Part shown: piece by piece, positions 1 to 10,757 of the stretch
Layout of the letters: each line of letters starts with the position of its first letter
Numbering within the stretch: position 1 is the stretch's first letter
NCBI GenBank assembly: GCA_017410165.1
Contig: JAFQRH010000007.1
Coordinates: 4,447-68,446 of the forward strand
Length of the DNA: 64,000 nt
DNA from: Alistipes sp.
GTDB taxonomy: Bacteria > Bacteroidota > Bacteroidia > Bacteroidales > Rikenellaceae
Direction of reading: 5' to 3'
The notes under the pieces: generated by a model
Seen by the model: only the letters and a program-made list of their open reading frames with translations
Told to the model about the DNA's origin: nothing
The model's database searches: none
Program-made: the position numbers and the translations under genes

Positions 1-1
1 A

Positions 2-424
2 TATTGCTCTTCGGCGGTAGCAACCACAACGGTAGAGATTGGCGCAAATCCTACAACGGGTGTTGAGTACACCTTCACCATTTTGCCGACAGACTTCCCT
101 TCGTCGAAGACGACAAATAATAAGACGTCGATAGCAACGGCTACCGATGGCTCGGGTGCAAGAATGGTGGTATCGTGGACTTCTACATCGACGAATATGA
201 GTACCAGCGGATATATTTCTACGCAAAACGGAAGTAAGATCTACAACACATCCGATTTGGGCTCTGTAACAGATGTTTCAATAGCGAGTACATCGACAAA
301 GCTTACAACGACTATTGGCACTACTGCGCAGCCAACGACAGCGGGCGAGGGTGGTTACTTTATGGTTAAGGCAAGCGGTACAGTTTCGGATATTTCCGGC
401 ATAACCGTAACATTCGAGAAATAA
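2..424 (+). CDS. C-terminal part of a Thr/Ser-rich, probably surface-exposed protein (5' end outside window)
   Basis: Frame is open from base 2 (YCSSAVATTTVEIG...) to TAA at 422-424 and is followed by a terminator; beta-rich, T/S/G-rich composition. Confidence 0.7.
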   Translation, partial: YCSSAVATTTVEIGANPTTGVEYTFTILPTDFPSSKTTNNKTSIATATDGSGARMVVSWTSTSTNMSTSGYISTQNGSKIYNTSDLGSVTDVSIASTSTKLTTTIGTTAQPTTAGEGGYFMVKASGTVSDISGITVTFEK

Positions 425-443
425 CAGACCCAAATGTAGTATC

Positions 444-480
444 AGCGGAGCGAAAGCTGTCTTTCGCTCCGCTACTTTTT
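444..480 (+). terminator. Rho-independent terminator
   Basis: 13-bp stem AGCGGAGCGAAAG/CTTTCGCTCCGCT, 4-nt loop, then a T run. Confidence 0.85.
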
Positions 481-590
481 ATGCATCATCAATTACCTAG
501 ACTTAAAACAAAATGTGGCTGCTTCGATAGTCTTTATTGAAACAGCCACGTAATATGTAAAATATTTTTTTGCAACGAAAACCTGCCGCA

Positions 591-1163
591 TCAGAGCAGG
601 TAACTGCCCCAGAGGGTACTTGCGATTGTTACGACGATTTGTACGAGCACAAAGAGCAATATTGCTCGCCAGCCGCGTACGTTACACGACGTAGCATAAC
701 CGTTATACGCCCACACATAGTAGAGTATCAACCACGCCAACGCCCAGATGCCATAGAGTGTCGTTACAGTCAGTTGTACGCCCGTAGGTTGCGCGCCCGA
801 CATAATTGCATCAACGACACCCTTCATCTGCGTCTGAACGCACGGCAGAAGTTGCAGGGCAAGCATCGGCAGAAGCAACAATTTTGCAAATGCCGCTGTA
901 CCAAACACATCTACAAGGCGAATCTGCGAGCGTGAGAGAATAAGTCCACAAACATATAGCAGCAACGTCGGCAACAGCCAATAAAAGAGATCGAGAGCCA
1001 CCACGCGCCACAGTGTAGCGTTGCTATACGTGTAGTGAATATAACTATCCTGCGCCAAGCCATTGCTCCACTCGATGAGCGACGTAGCGACAATGAAAAT
1101 CAAACCCATTACAAGGGCCTTTGTTCCGGTAATGTGTCGGAACGGATTAAAAATTTTGTCCAT
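591..1163 (-). CDS. Multi-pass membrane protein, YIP1-like
   Basis: 190 aa with about 5 hydrophobic segments; N-terminus FNPF...G.KAL resembles Bacteroidetes YIP1-type proteins. Confidence 0.65.
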   Translation of the reverse strand: MDKIFNPFRHITGTKALVMGLIFIVATSLIEWSNGLAQDSYIHYTYSNATLWRVVALDLFYWLLPTLLLYVCGLILSRSQIRLVDVFGTAAFAKLLLLPMLALQLLPCVQTQMKGVVDAIMSGAQPTGVQLTVTTLYGIWALAWLILYYVWAYNGYATSCNVRGWRAILLFVLVQIVVTIASTLWGSYLL

Positions 1164-1212
1164 ACTATCCTCCTTCTCTATTATTTTAGGTATTTACATT
1201 GTTAAAACTGTA

Positions 1213-3366
1213 CTACTCCTTCTCGAAAAGCAGCACAGCCAAATCGTATTGCTGCAATACGACCTTTGTGCCTCCCCTCTTGACCGATGCGCCACGCAAT
1301 GCCGTATGCTCGACAAAGCGATAGCCGGGCACGCGGATTTTGGCAGTCAGTGTCTCCGGGGTGCGTTGCTGATTAGCGACCACGACAGCCATCTGCTCAC
1401 CCGCAACATAGGCACGCGCATCGACCTTTTCGTTCGAGCATTCAAAACCGAGCGTATCCATATATTTGCCACACAGCAGCGTCGTTTCGTAGTGCTCTTT
1501 GAGTGCATTAACCTCGGCGAGATACGACTGGTATATCGGACAAGTGTCAATCAGGTCGCGGCAACGGAAAATCTCGATATCAATACGCTGACCATCGAGT
1601 ATCGTATTATTTACGTGCCAATATACGTCGTTATCATCACGTTGTCCTCGGTCGGTAAACACCAACTCCGGGAAGGTAAACTTGAAGAAATTCATCCAAC
1701 GTGTCGGTTCATCGTTTGCCGGATAGCCGTGCGTATAGTCGCAATATTGCGCTAATGCATCTACCGTACCCTCGGCACCGAGTGCAAAGTCAGGAGCCAT
1801 CTGTTTGCAGCGTTCGCGCAGCAGTTTCAAACACTCCATACGTTTCTGTATGCCAAAGACATCGGGCACTGTAAACTCGCGACTAGTATCCCAATTTGTG
1901 CTCTCTTTCTCGATATAACCGAGTTGATCGAAAAAGACGCTATGTGCGCCGAGCGCAAATGCGCGATCTTGAAGCGCAAAAAGAACCCGATTCCAATCGG
2001 GATGCATCATTGTTGCGATGGCAAACGTGCGCTGATCGTACTCGCCAAGCCACGTTCCCTGACCCGTAAATTTGTAACGCTCCAATATCTCGGAGCCGGT
2101 ATTATCGTGACGGCACACCTTCGGACCCATACCGCTGCGGTAGTAGCGACTCTCGCGGTCGATAAGTTTGCCGTTGAAATAGAGCAACAAGTGGCTGCCA
2201 TCGGCTTGATACTCGGCGATTGCCCTCTTCAACGCCTCGTCGCCACCCTGCGACTCGTCAGGCGAATAGTCGGGGTTGCCGTGATCCATTCCTTCTGCCC
2301 ACCAACCAAATAGGAACACTGCATTTGAATTAACGCTCTTATCTACCTCTTTCAATCGGCCGTAAAGATCGGGATATTTGAAGAAGTACTCTCCGTATTG
2401 GTGTTTGAATATCACACGCTGCCAGCTTCGTAATTTGCGCACCCACTCCGGCGCCTCGCGGTACTCCCACCACGTATCCACCCAACGTCGATATATGTTG
2501 GCCGCCGTATGCCACGTGCCCGTATATGGAGCAACGACATTCGCCGCACAACTCCACGTCTCGCCACAGAAACAATGCGGATACTTGAAGAAACCGAGTT
2601 CCAACCGATCAAACTCGCCATCCGCACCTTTATACGTGCGCAAACCGTGCCACGTATCCTGAAAAGTATTGTCGTGGCTGCCGAAGTAGAGACCCTGCGC
2701 CTTGCCAAGCAACGCAAAACAGTTCATAAAGACCTTATAACCATACTTTACATCGTGCTGTCGGAATATCTGTTCCGGCTTTTTATATGGAGCCGACGAT
2801 ATGCGATTAATCTTCTGTATCGGTTTATCGTAGAGACGACCACCCGCCTCCGAGGTGTAGAGTTTATGGTCCGCCGGAGCATCAATATTGCGAATGAGCG
2901 GATACTGCATCTCTCGCACAACAGAGTGTGGTTCATTATTCTGAATATCGCACGCAAAGCGCACCTTATCCTCCTCCAACTTAACGCAGAGTGTCACCTG
3001 CATCTCGACCGTATCTCCACGAGCGAGCAATCGTGGATATCGGAGAGTTATGGTGTTACCCTCTTGCACGACCACCACATCTTGCGCATCGCCAAGCACC
3101 TGAATCTCCTTCTCGTCGGGCGTATCGTAGTACAATCGCCACATATAATCGCCACCGGCGGAATACTCGTGTCCCGTCTGCTCGTTACGCAACGAATAGA
3201 GCAGGCCATCCTCGCCAATAGTTATGCTCATTGCCTCATTCGAGAGCGTAAAGCACTTTACGCAGTCATTTGTAGCAGTTGTCGGTTGGTGCTGTCGATG
3301 ACTGTCTCCGCCACACGAAAGCATCAAGGCAGCCGCAATACAGAGAGTGAAAAATTTGTAATTCAT
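1213..3366 (-). CDS. Lipoprotein, putative glycoside hydrolase (DUF6259-like TIM barrel)
   Basis: 717 aa; lipobox LMLSC; beta-sandwich-like N-terminus; FFDQLG and EG motifs as candidate catalytic acids. Confidence 0.65.
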   Translation of the reverse strand: MNYKFFTLCIAAALMLSCGGDSHRQHQPTTATNDCVKCFTLSNEAMSITIGEDGLLYSLRNEQTGHEYSAGGDYMWRLYYDTPDEKEIQVLGDAQDVVVVQEGNTITLRYPRLLARGDTVEMQVTLCVKLEEDKVRFACDIQNNEPHSVVREMQYPLIRNIDAPADHKLYTSEAGGRLYDKPIQKINRISSAPYKKPEQIFRQHDVKYGYKVFMNCFALLGKAQGLYFGSHDNTFQDTWHGLRTYKGADGEFDRLELGFFKYPHCFCGETWSCAANVVAPYTGTWHTAANIYRRWVDTWWEYREAPEWVRKLRSWQRVIFKHQYGEYFFKYPDLYGRLKEVDKSVNSNAVFLFGWWAEGMDHGNPDYSPDESQGGDEALKRAIAEYQADGSHLLLYFNGKLIDRESRYYRSGMGPKVCRHDNTGSEILERYKFTGQGTWLGEYDQRTFAIATMMHPDWNRVLFALQDRAFALGAHSVFFDQLGYIEKESTNWDTSREFTVPDVFGIQKRMECLKLLRERCKQMAPDFALGAEGTVDALAQYCDYTHGYPANDEPTRWMNFFKFTFPELVFTDRGQRDDNDVYWHVNNTILDGQRIDIEIFRCRDLIDTCPIYQSYLAEVNALKEHYETTLLCGKYMDTLGFECSNEKVDARAYVAGEQMAVVVANQQRTPETLTAKIRVPGYRFVEHTALRGASVKRGGTKVVLQQYDLAVLLFEKE

Positions 3367-3490
3367 AATTTTGTATGGTTAGAGTTTTAATTCAAAGTTA
3401 ATAAATTTAGCGATAATACAAAACTAATTGCATAAAAATCAATCAGCAGCCATCATTTCAAGTGTGCACGAGCAGCCCTCGCAAAAAAAA

Positions 3491-3526
3491 TTCGACAAGG
3501 CATTCTCCACGAAACGCCTTGTCGAA
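3491..3526 (-). terminator. Terminator hairpin after the SPFH operon
   Basis: TTCGACAAGGC/GCCTTGTCGAA inverted repeat preceded by an A8 run (T run on the minus strand). Confidence 0.75.
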
Positions 3527-3546
3527 CTACACGCAAAAAAACGGGA

Positions 3547-3753
3547 TTACTCCCCTTTTAGCACCCTAACCAATTTTATCACACCATATATCAGAGCCAC
3601 AATAACTACCACAAAAGTTGCGATAGGTCGCCACTCGGTCGAGTCGGATTGTTGTTCGCTGCCGAACATCAACACAAGCTGCACCGTTGCAACGACAAGC
3701 ATCACAGCGACAAAAACGCCCAACTTTACTCGCTCAAATTTTTCGTATTTCAT
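3547..3753 (-). CDS. Small two-TM membrane protein
   Basis: 68 aa with two hydrophobic helices; last gene of a co-oriented run. Confidence 0.6.
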   Translation of the reverse strand: MKYEKFERVKLGVFVAVMLVVATVQLVLMFGSEQQSDSTEWRPIATFVVVIVALIYGVIKLVRVLKGE

Positions 3754-3775
3754 ACCCTTACATTATCAAAAAAAG

Positions 3776-4303
3776 TTACACATAATCACGTTGGCGACGC
3801 TGACGGCGGTAACGCAGTTCGATACGCTCAATCTCCTGTTTCGAGCGCACACGTACGCGCCAATACTTATATACGCACACGAGCCATACCACCCACATCG
3901 AGATTGACCACAAACTAATTCGGCACATCTCGCCAAAATCGGGATGCTTGCCAATCCAATATAGCACAAACGGCAATACGCTCCAAGTGAGTGCCAGCAA
4001 CCCGACCGACCACATCGCCCTACCCCAACGCGAGCGAGGACAGAGGTCGTGGAAATAGAGATATATACCAACAAGCATAATGACGGCACAAATCAAGAAC
4101 GCAAAATCGCTCAACAATTCGCCATACGGAGCAGGGATATAATCGAAGATATTGCACGGTTCAAGCCGCAATATCAGAGCCGTCATTATTGCCAAATCGC
4201 CCCACGATAACTTCCCGTCATCCGGAGTCGGAATCCGATGCTTTGCTCCATTACCACGACGCAGGAATGGGCGGAAGCGCGCAAAGTTAATCCTTGGTTT
4301 CAT
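3776..4303 (-). CDS. Hypothetical membrane protein
   Basis: 175 aa with about 4 TM segments; overlaps the upstream Arc-like gene. Confidence 0.6.
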   Translation of the reverse strand: MKPRINFARFRPFLRRGNGAKHRIPTPDDGKLSWGDLAIMTALILRLEPCNIFDYIPAPYGELLSDFAFLICAVIMLVGIYLYFHDLCPRSRWGRAMWSVGLLALTWSVLPFVLYWIGKHPDFGEMCRISLWSISMWVVWLVCVYKYWRVRVRSKQEIERIELRYRRQRRQRDYV

Positions 4304-4496
4304 TTGTCGTCAAATTTGAAGTTTTACGCTTTGCGCGAGGTCTGCGTCCGCTACGACGCAGTGCCTCGGCAATTATCCATTGCAGCTGACCGTTGGTGCT
4401 GCGAAATTCGTCCGCCGCCCACTGCTCGATGGCATCCATCGTCTCGGCGTCGATTCGCAACACAAAACTGCGAGTATTACTCTCCTTTGCTGCCAT
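4287..4496 (-). CDS. Arc-like ribbon-helix-helix DNA-binding protein
   Basis: SFVLRID...AIEQWAADEFRSTNGQL..II.EAL is a typical Arc/RHH pattern, commonly found after SPFH genes. Confidence 0.85.
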   Translation of the reverse strand: MAAKESNTRSFVLRIDAETMDAIEQWAADEFRSTNGQLQWIIAEALRRSGRRPRAKRKTSNLTTNETKD

Positions 4497-4511
4497 AATC
4501 GGGACTCTATT

Positions 4512-5462
4512 TTAATGGTGCAACGTACCCGTATTTACAACCGGCTGGGCCGCCTCGTCGGCGCACAATACAACCAGCAGATTGCTGACCATAGCCGCCT
4601 TGCGCTCCTCGTCGAGCTCGACAACACCCTCGGTCGAAAGACGCTCCAAAGCAATCTTAACCATCGAAACAGCACCCTCGACAATCTTCTCGCGAGCCGA
4701 GATGATAGCATCCGCCTGCTGACGGCGCAACATTGCAGCCGCAATCTCCGGAGCGTATGCCAAATAGTTCAAACGCGCCTCCATAACCTCGATGCCCGCC
4801 ATCGCAAGACGCTCGTTGAGCTCGTCGGTCAGGCGATCGTTAATCTCGTCGCCACCCGAACGCAACGTAATCTCGCCATCCGTATTATTCGAGTTCTCGT
4901 CATAGGCGTACATACCCGCAACCTGACGCAGAGCCGAGTCGGACTGCACTGCGACAAAGTTTTCGAGGATGTTCATACGTGTTGTCGAACTTGTCGTAAG
5001 CGTGCCAGCGTCAACCGGTGCATCAATCTCGAACACCGCTTTATACGCGCCATCGGTCTTAATCTTCCAAACAAGCACCAAACCGATAAGAATCGGATTA
5101 CCCGCCTTGTCGTTCACCTTAATCGGATCGACATTAAGGTTACGTGCACGCATCGAGAGTTTCTTGGCGCTCATAAACGGATTAATCCACCAGAAGCCCG
5201 TATCGTAGAACGTACCGCGATAGTTACCGAAGAAGAGCAGCACGCGCGCCTCGTTCGGCTCCAACATCAAATAACCGCACGCCATAATAATCGCCGCGAT
5301 GAGCAACACCACCGAGCCGACGAACAAAAGCGCGCAAAAATCATCGTGCTTGAATAGTTCAACAAACAGCCATACGCTGCCTGCCACGATTGCCAGATTC
5401 AAAACCAAAGCCAGAAAACCATTGAGTTTCCAACCCGAATAGTTGTAATTGTTTGTCTTCAT
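4512..5462 (-). CDS. SPFH/band 7 domain membrane protein
   Basis: Two N-terminal TM segments; [36 protein letters not shown]. Confidence 0.92.
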   Translation of the reverse strand: MKTNNYNYSGWKLNGFLALVLNLAIVAGSVWLFVELFKHDDFCALLFVGSVVLLIAAIIMACGYLMLEPNEARVLLFFGNYRGTFYDTGFWWINPFMSAKKLSMRARNLNVDPIKVNDKAGNPILIGLVLVWKIKTDGAYKAVFEIDAPVDAGTLTTSSTTRMNILENFVAVQSDSALRQVAGMYAYDENSNNTDGEITLRSGGDEINDRLTDELNERLAMAGIEVMEARLNYLAYAPEIAAAMLRRQQADAIISAREKIVEGAVSMVKIALERLSTEGVVELDEERKAAMVSNLLVVLCADEAAQPVVNTGTLHH

Positions 5463-5580
5463 AACACTAACTGTTTTTAAGGTTCTTAAAGTAATATCAT
5501 TTTGATATCACAAAGATATACACAAAACAGTCAATCTTCCAAATATTTTTTCAAAAAAAATGCACTTTCACGCAAAAAAA

Positions 5581-5608
5581 TATGCCGGACACTCTTCGCA
5601 TCCGGCAT
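5581..5608 (-). terminator. Terminator hairpin after the metallophosphoesterase gene
   Basis: TATGCCGGA/TCCGGCATA stem next to an A run. Confidence 0.65.
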
Positions 5609-5639
5609 ACATATATAAATTAAGGAGTCGGGCGACGCA

Positions 5640-7244
5640 CTACCACACCTCGCCCACCGTATATACAGGCGGTGCGGCCAACTCGTAATCTTGACCCGAA
5701 ATCACCTCATCGCAAGTATATTTACGGCCCTTACCATCCGTAGCAACAACCTTAATCTCTGCCGACGGATTTTTCAGCGTGTAGATGTACATATGGTGGC
5801 AAGGCGAGCAGTAGTTGCGACGTGTGCTACCCTTACGGTGACCACGACCAACAACGCCTACGTGGTAGCCGATAGCCCACCAATCCTTGCTCGATGTGAG
5901 CGAAGGATGCTCATCGCCACGGAACGGAGACGCCTTCATCAACTGCATTTCGCCAGAGTATTTACCATCCTCATAGACCTCGACCTTCCAATCCTTATCG
6001 GCATACCATACGTTTGCCAACAACTTGTCGGCGCCGAATGGCAATGTCGGCTGCTCGAACGAGCCACCGAAGGCAGCATCACCGCGATAGAGGCGCAACT
6101 GATATTTCAAATCGCGACCTACGCTTTTATACACATCATCCGTCACCTTGTTACCCTTGATATCGAAAATCGCGTAACCATTTGGCGAGCCGTCGCCATT
6201 GTTGCACGACCACCACCAGCAACCCGATGCCGCAGCGAGAATATGCTCGTGGATGCCGTTTGCGTGGTGATAGTGGCGCATATAGTGGGTGTGACCCGAC
6301 ATAATGCGGCAGTTAGGATACTCGGCCAACATCGCGAGCACCTTCTTATTGTTCGCCGTCTTGCGGAAATGCTCAACCGGAATATGTACACAGAAGATAA
6401 GCAGCTTGTCCTTTGGCACGTATTTCAAATCGTTACGCAACCACTCGACCTGCTTATCGGTAAAATCGCCGTGATATTTCTTAAAGTTGGTGATGTCGTC
6501 ATAGACGATATCGTTCATCGACACGATATGCGCATCGCCTCGATTCCACGAGTAGTCAATCGGGCCAAAAGTCGCTTCGAACATACGCTGCATACGTATC
6601 GTGGTCTCCGTATTGCGGGCATTGAGCGCAATCGGCTCGTAGTCGCAGTCGTGGTTACCGATGGTCTGGAACATCGGCATACCGATCTTCTCTGCCATCA
6701 TCTCGTGCTTGATCATCGGCATCAGATAGTTGGCATTGCGCGGACCCTCCGAATAGACAATATCGCCGAGCGAAACGGCATAGCACGGATATTTGCACTT
6801 CTTGGCCGTACTCTTCAAATCGGGAGCAGTCTCCGTACGAAAACGATTTACGTGGCGCAGATTCTGACACTGAGGATCGGCAACGCAGATAAGATGAAAA
6901 TTCTTCTCCACACCACCCTTCAACGGACGAAGCACGAAATCGTAACGCTTGTCGTCGGTCAGTTTCTTGTAGAAGCAAGGGTGACCCTGACGCAACGGCA
7001 CCTCATACTCGGCAGGAATCGAATAATAGACATACGCCGCTTCCGGATGGCGGTTGAAGCGATAGGCACCCTTCGCATCGGTCACGACAACGGTATATCC
7101 GTCCGAAACCACCACGTTTTCAATCGGCGTACCATTGACGGTCGAAATCACGCCCGACACATCAAATGCAGGCGCATCCGTTTGCGCTGCGGCAACACCC
7201 GACACGAGCGCAGCCGACAACAGCAACATAAAAAATCTTTTCAT
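5640..7244 (-). CDS. Secreted calcineurin-like metallophosphoesterase with N- and C-terminal accessory domains
   Basis: Signal peptide (AAA-Q); motifs ADPQ, LGDIVY, IGNHD, HIP, SGHTH; VVVSDG N-domain; DGSPNGY C-domain. Confidence 0.9.
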   Translation of the reverse strand: MKRFFMLLLSAALVSGVAAAQTDAPAFDVSGVISTVNGTPIENVVVSDGYTVVVTDAKGAYRFNRHPEAAYVYYSIPAEYEVPLRQGHPCFYKKLTDDKRYDFVLRPLKGGVEKNFHLICVADPQCQNLRHVNRFRTETAPDLKSTAKKCKYPCYAVSLGDIVYSEGPRNANYLMPMIKHEMMAEKIGMPMFQTIGNHDCDYEPIALNARNTETTIRMQRMFEATFGPIDYSWNRGDAHIVSMNDIVYDDITNFKKYHGDFTDKQVEWLRNDLKYVPKDKLLIFCVHIPVEHFRKTANNKKVLAMLAEYPNCRIMSGHTHYMRHYHHANGIHEHILAAASGCWWWSCNNGDGSPNGYAIFDIKGNKVTDDVYKSVGRDLKYQLRLYRGDAAFGGSFEQPTLPFGADKLLANVWYADKDWKVEVYEDGKYSGEMQLMKASPFRGDEHPSLTSSKDWWAIGYHVGVVGRGHRKGSTRRNYCSPCHHMYIYTLKNPSAEIKVVATDGKGRKYTCDEVISGQDYELAAPPVYTVGEVW

Positions 7245-7347
7245 TTTATGAATCTATTAAGTTGGTTATATATCTCTCCGCACAAATTATTTGTACAAAA
7301 ATAAGGATTTTTAATACCTTTGCCAAATAATTTAACTCTTTTTCGCA

Positions 7348-8316
7348 ATGAAATTTCGCACCGAAGTTCATATAGAGCCATTTGCAAAACCGCTCGAATA
7401 CTCGTCCGAAATCCTATCTATCGGCTCTTGCTTTGCCGACGAAATCGCTGCGCGACTACGCCGCGCAAAGTTTCGCGTCACCACCTCGCCCGTAGGCATT
7501 CTCTTCAATCCGGCATCGATTGCCGATGCGTTGAACCACTTTGCAGAGTGTCGCACGGTGAGCGCAGAGGAGATTTTCGCACGCGACGAGTCGTGGTTCT
7601 CGTTCGATGCACACTCGGCACTCGACCGACCGACAAAAGAGCAGGCAATCGAGGCGTTTAACGATGCCATACAGCGTGGATACGAGGCGATGATGCGTGC
7701 CGACACGCTCATCATCACATTCGGCACTGCGTGGGTGTACACGCTCAATGCTACCGGCAAGGTGGTTGCCAACTGCCACAAAGTAGCCCAATCGCAATTC
7801 TCTCGCAGGCGGCTATCCGTCGAGGAGATTACGGCGATGTATCGTCCGCTAATCGAAGGCGCTCTGCGCGGAAAGCAGATTATACTGACCGTCAGTCCTG
7901 TACGCCACCTCGGCGACGGTGCCGAGCAGAATGCTGTAAGCAAGGCAACGCTACGCTTGGCAGCCGATGCGCTATGTGAACAGTTTGACAACGTACGATA
8001 TTTTCCGGCGTACGAACTCCTGAACGACGATTTGCGCGACTATCGTTTCTATGCCGATGACCTCGTTCATCCGTCAAAAGCCGCCGTAGAGTATATCTGG
8101 GAGAAGTTTTCGACAGCCGCCCTATCGGCACAGACACGGGAGCAGATGGCACGCGTTATGCGCATTGTCGCCGCCGCCGAACACCGCCCGCAAAATCCTC
8201 ATTCGACGGAGTACGCCAACTTCTGCCGACGCAACATTGAGGCAATCGGACAGTTGCCGATGGTCGATTTTAGCGAAGAAACGGCATTTTTTGAGCAATA
8301 TATCAACAAAAGTTAG
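7348..8316 (+). CDS. GSCFA domain protein
   Basis: IGSCFA, GILFNPASI, IITFGTAWVY, TVSPVRH, YFPAYE, DDLRDYRFY, HPS. Confidence 0.93.
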   Translation: MKFRTEVHIEPFAKPLEYSSEILSIGSCFADEIAARLRRAKFRVTTSPVGILFNPASIADALNHFAECRTVSAEEIFARDESWFSFDAHSALDRPTKEQAIEAFNDAIQRGYEAMMRADTLIITFGTAWVYTLNATGKVVANCHKVAQSQFSRRRLSVEEITAMYRPLIEGALRGKQIILTVSPVRHLGDGAEQNAVSKATLRLAADALCEQFDNVRYFPAYELLNDDLRDYRFYADDLVHPSKAAVEYIWEKFSTAALSAQTREQMARVMRIVAAAEHRPQNPHSTEYANFCRRNIEAIGQLPMVDFSEETAFFEQYINKS

Positions 8317-8342
8317 TATCTTTGTAGGATTTTACACGTACG

Positions 8343-9950
8343 ATGAAAACGAGAAGATACATAACGCTTATGTTGCTGGCATTTTTGGCAGTTGCGGGCT
8401 ATGCCCAGCAGCCGAAAATGGCGGTAAATATCATTATCGGCGGTCTGCGGGCCGACGACCTGCAACGATACGACAAAAACTTTTCGACGGATGGTTTTCG
8501 CCGACTGCTCGGCGGGGGTGCCGTATTTACGGAGTGCTACCTCGACTACACGCCGACGACGACCTGCGCTTCGCTTGCGAGCATAGCCACCGGCACTACC
8601 CCATCGTCGCACGGCATATCGGCCGATGGTTGGTACGATCGCACAAGCAACAACACACCCGTTGCGCTCTGCCACAAAAAGCCGGAAAGTGCCACCGCAA
8701 AGCCGACCGTGGGCATCAGCACGGCATACACAACAGCGCACTTGACAGCCCAGACACTCACCGATGCGCTCATTGCATCGACAGATAGCGCACACGCCAT
8801 AACCATCGCACACGAGCCACTATCGGCAATGATGCTGGCGGGTCACAGTGGCGAATGTTATTGGCTGGACGAGAAGGGCGGATGGGCATCGGCCGACTGC
8901 TACACGACATCGCTTCCAAGTTGGGTTGCACTGCACAACTCACTCACATACAATAAGGTATTTGTACTCGGTGCGTGGTTTGGCAAATTCACCCAATCAC
9001 AATACGTCAATTCGCGCCGTTCGGATATCAAATTATACGATTTCTCATCCAAGCAGAAGACCGTAACCAATGCCGTTCCGGTCGATTGGGTCAAGGAGTT
9101 GCAGACAACACCTGCGGGAAATGCCGCAATATTGGAGTTTGCGAAAAAAGCAGCCAATGCACTACTGACCGACAAAGAGTATCAGGGCGAGAAGAAGGTG
9201 CTTAACATCTGTCTCGATATTCCGCGAAACATCGCACAGAGATACGGTACGGAGTCAATCGAGTATGAAGATATGCTCTATCGTCTCGACGCCTCGATTG
9301 GCGAGTTTCTGACGCACATCTTCGCTCAATCGAAGAGTCACGATGAGCTTATCGTAACACTCTGCGCCGACCACGGCACAAGCCCGTCGTACAAAGACGA
9401 GAAGGGCGAGAAGGAGCGTTTCAACGCCCGACAAGCAGAGGTTATACTCAACGCATTTTTAAGTGCGCGTCACGGACAAGGCAAGTGGGTATTGGGATAT
9501 GCCGACGGGTCGATTTACCTCAACCACGACCTTATCTACGAGCGCAAACTGACCGTAGCGGCAATTCAAGCCGAGGCGACCACCTTCGTTCAGCAGTTCC
9601 GAGGCGTAGCCAACGCCGTGAGTGCTACCGACTTGCAGCGCACAACCTTCACGAAGGGCGCACAACATCTGATGCAGAATAGTTTCTATCCGCGACGTTC
9701 GGGCGATATCGTCCTGTGGCTCACCCCTCAACGCATCGAAGAGCAGAGCGGAAAGATGGCCGACAGCGGCTCACCGTATAACTACGACCGCCACGTACCA
9801 CTCATCATATACGGCGGAGGCATTGCCGCACATCACTCTGCGCGACGCGTATGCGTTACGTCGCTCGCGCCGACTTTGGCATCGCTTTTGGGCATCAGTC
9901 GCCCGGATTGCGCAGATACCGAACCACTCACCGAAATAAAACACAAGTAA
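8343..9950 (+). CDS. PafA-type alkaline phosphatase superfamily protein, probably catalytically degenerate
   Basis: Signal peptide; fold motifs PTTT...IATG..PS.HGI, ADHG, YD.HVPLI; several metal ligands replaced (see findings). Confidence 0.8.
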   Translation: MKTRRYITLMLLAFLAVAGYAQQPKMAVNIIIGGLRADDLQRYDKNFSTDGFRRLLGGGAVFTECYLDYTPTTTCASLASIATGTTPSSHGISADGWYDRTSNNTPVALCHKKPESATAKPTVGISTAYTTAHLTAQTLTDALIASTDSAHAITIAHEPLSAMMLAGHSGECYWLDEKGGWASADCYTTSLPSWVALHNSLTYNKVFVLGAWFGKFTQSQYVNSRRSDIKLYDFSSKQKTVTNAVPVDWVKELQTTPAGNAAILEFAKKAANALLTDKEYQGEKKVLNICLDIPRNIAQRYGTESIEYEDMLYRLDASIGEFLTHIFAQSKSHDELIVTLCADHGTSPSYKDEKGEKERFNARQAEVILNAFLSARHGQGKWVLGYADGSIYLNHDLIYERKLTVAAIQAEATTFVQQFRGVANAVSATDLQRTTFTKGAQHLMQNSFYPRRSGDIVLWLTPQRIEEQSGKMADSGSPYNYDRHVPLIIYGGGIAAHHSARRVCVTSLAPTLASLLGISRPDCADTEPLTEIKHK

Positions 9951-9955
9951 GAGAT

Positions 9956-10372
9956 ATGGCAGATAAAGTGCAGGAGGAGATTATCGAAGAGTTTTCGATG
10001 TTTGACGACTGGTTGGACAAGTACGACTACCTGATCGGTTTGAGCGAATCGTTACCGCTTATCGACCCGTCGCACAAAAACGAACAATATATCATCGAAG
10101 GGTGTCAGTCCCGCGTTTGGGTAGATGCCCGATTGGAGGATGGAAAGATCTATTACAGCGCCGACAGCGACGCTATAATCGTCAAGGGCATAGTCGCCCT
10201 GCTGATACGCTCGCTCGAAGGACGTACGCCACAAGAGATACTCGACACCGACCTCTATTTCATCGAACGTATCGGCTTGAAGGAGAACCTATCGCCAACG
10301 CGAGGCAATGGCGTCTTGGCAACCATCAAACAGATGCGTCTCTACGCACTCGCCTTCTCGGCCAAACAATAA
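9956..10372 (+). CDS. sufE: SufE family Fe-S cluster sulfur-transfer protein
   Basis: ATG at 9956; IEGCQSRVW, DSDAIIVKG, LSPTR.NG. Confidence 0.93.
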   Translation: MADKVQEEIIEEFSMFDDWLDKYDYLIGLSESLPLIDPSHKNEQYIIEGCQSRVWVDARLEDGKIYYSADSDAIIVKGIVALLIRSLEGRTPQEILDTDLYFIERIGLKENLSPTRGNGVLATIKQMRLYALAFSAKQ

Positions 10373-10385
10373 AACAAGAGCGGCA

Positions 10386-10706
10386 ATGACACCGGAAGAG
10401 ATTTTACAGACTGAAAAGGATATTGTCCTAACACTCAAAAATATATACGACCCTGAAATCCCCGTAAACATCTACGATTTGGGGTTGATATACAACGTCG
10501 ATTTCGACCCGTCGGGCGAGGTCACGATACAGATGACTCTGACGGCTCCGAACTGTCCGATGGCAGATATATTGGTCGAGGATGTGAATGTGCAGGTGGC
10601 GAAGGTCAAGGGGGTCGAAAAGGTAAACGTAATACTCGTTTTCGAGCCGGCTTGGGACAAGAGTATGATGTCGGAGGAGGCACTGCTCGAACTCAACCTC
10701 TTGTAG
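10386..10706 (+). CDS. DUF59/SufT-like Fe-S cluster assembly protein
   Basis: ATG at 10386; DPEIPVNIYDLGLIY, MTLTAPNCP, FEPAW. Confidence 0.92.
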   Translation: MTPEEILQTEKDIVLTLKNIYDPEIPVNIYDLGLIYNVDFDPSGEVTIQMTLTAPNCPMADILVEDVNVQVAKVKGVEKVNVILVFEPAWDKSMMSEEALLELNLL

Positions 10707-10757
10707 CGACATCACATCTCGACAAATCATCTCGAAACAGCAGAGGGAGGGGTATTG

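Noticed and set aside
4287-5462. Arc-like RHH gene next to membrane genes as a toxin-antitoxin pair
   Set aside because: The SPFH plus Arc-like pairing is a common conserved arrangement and no recognisable toxin domain is present
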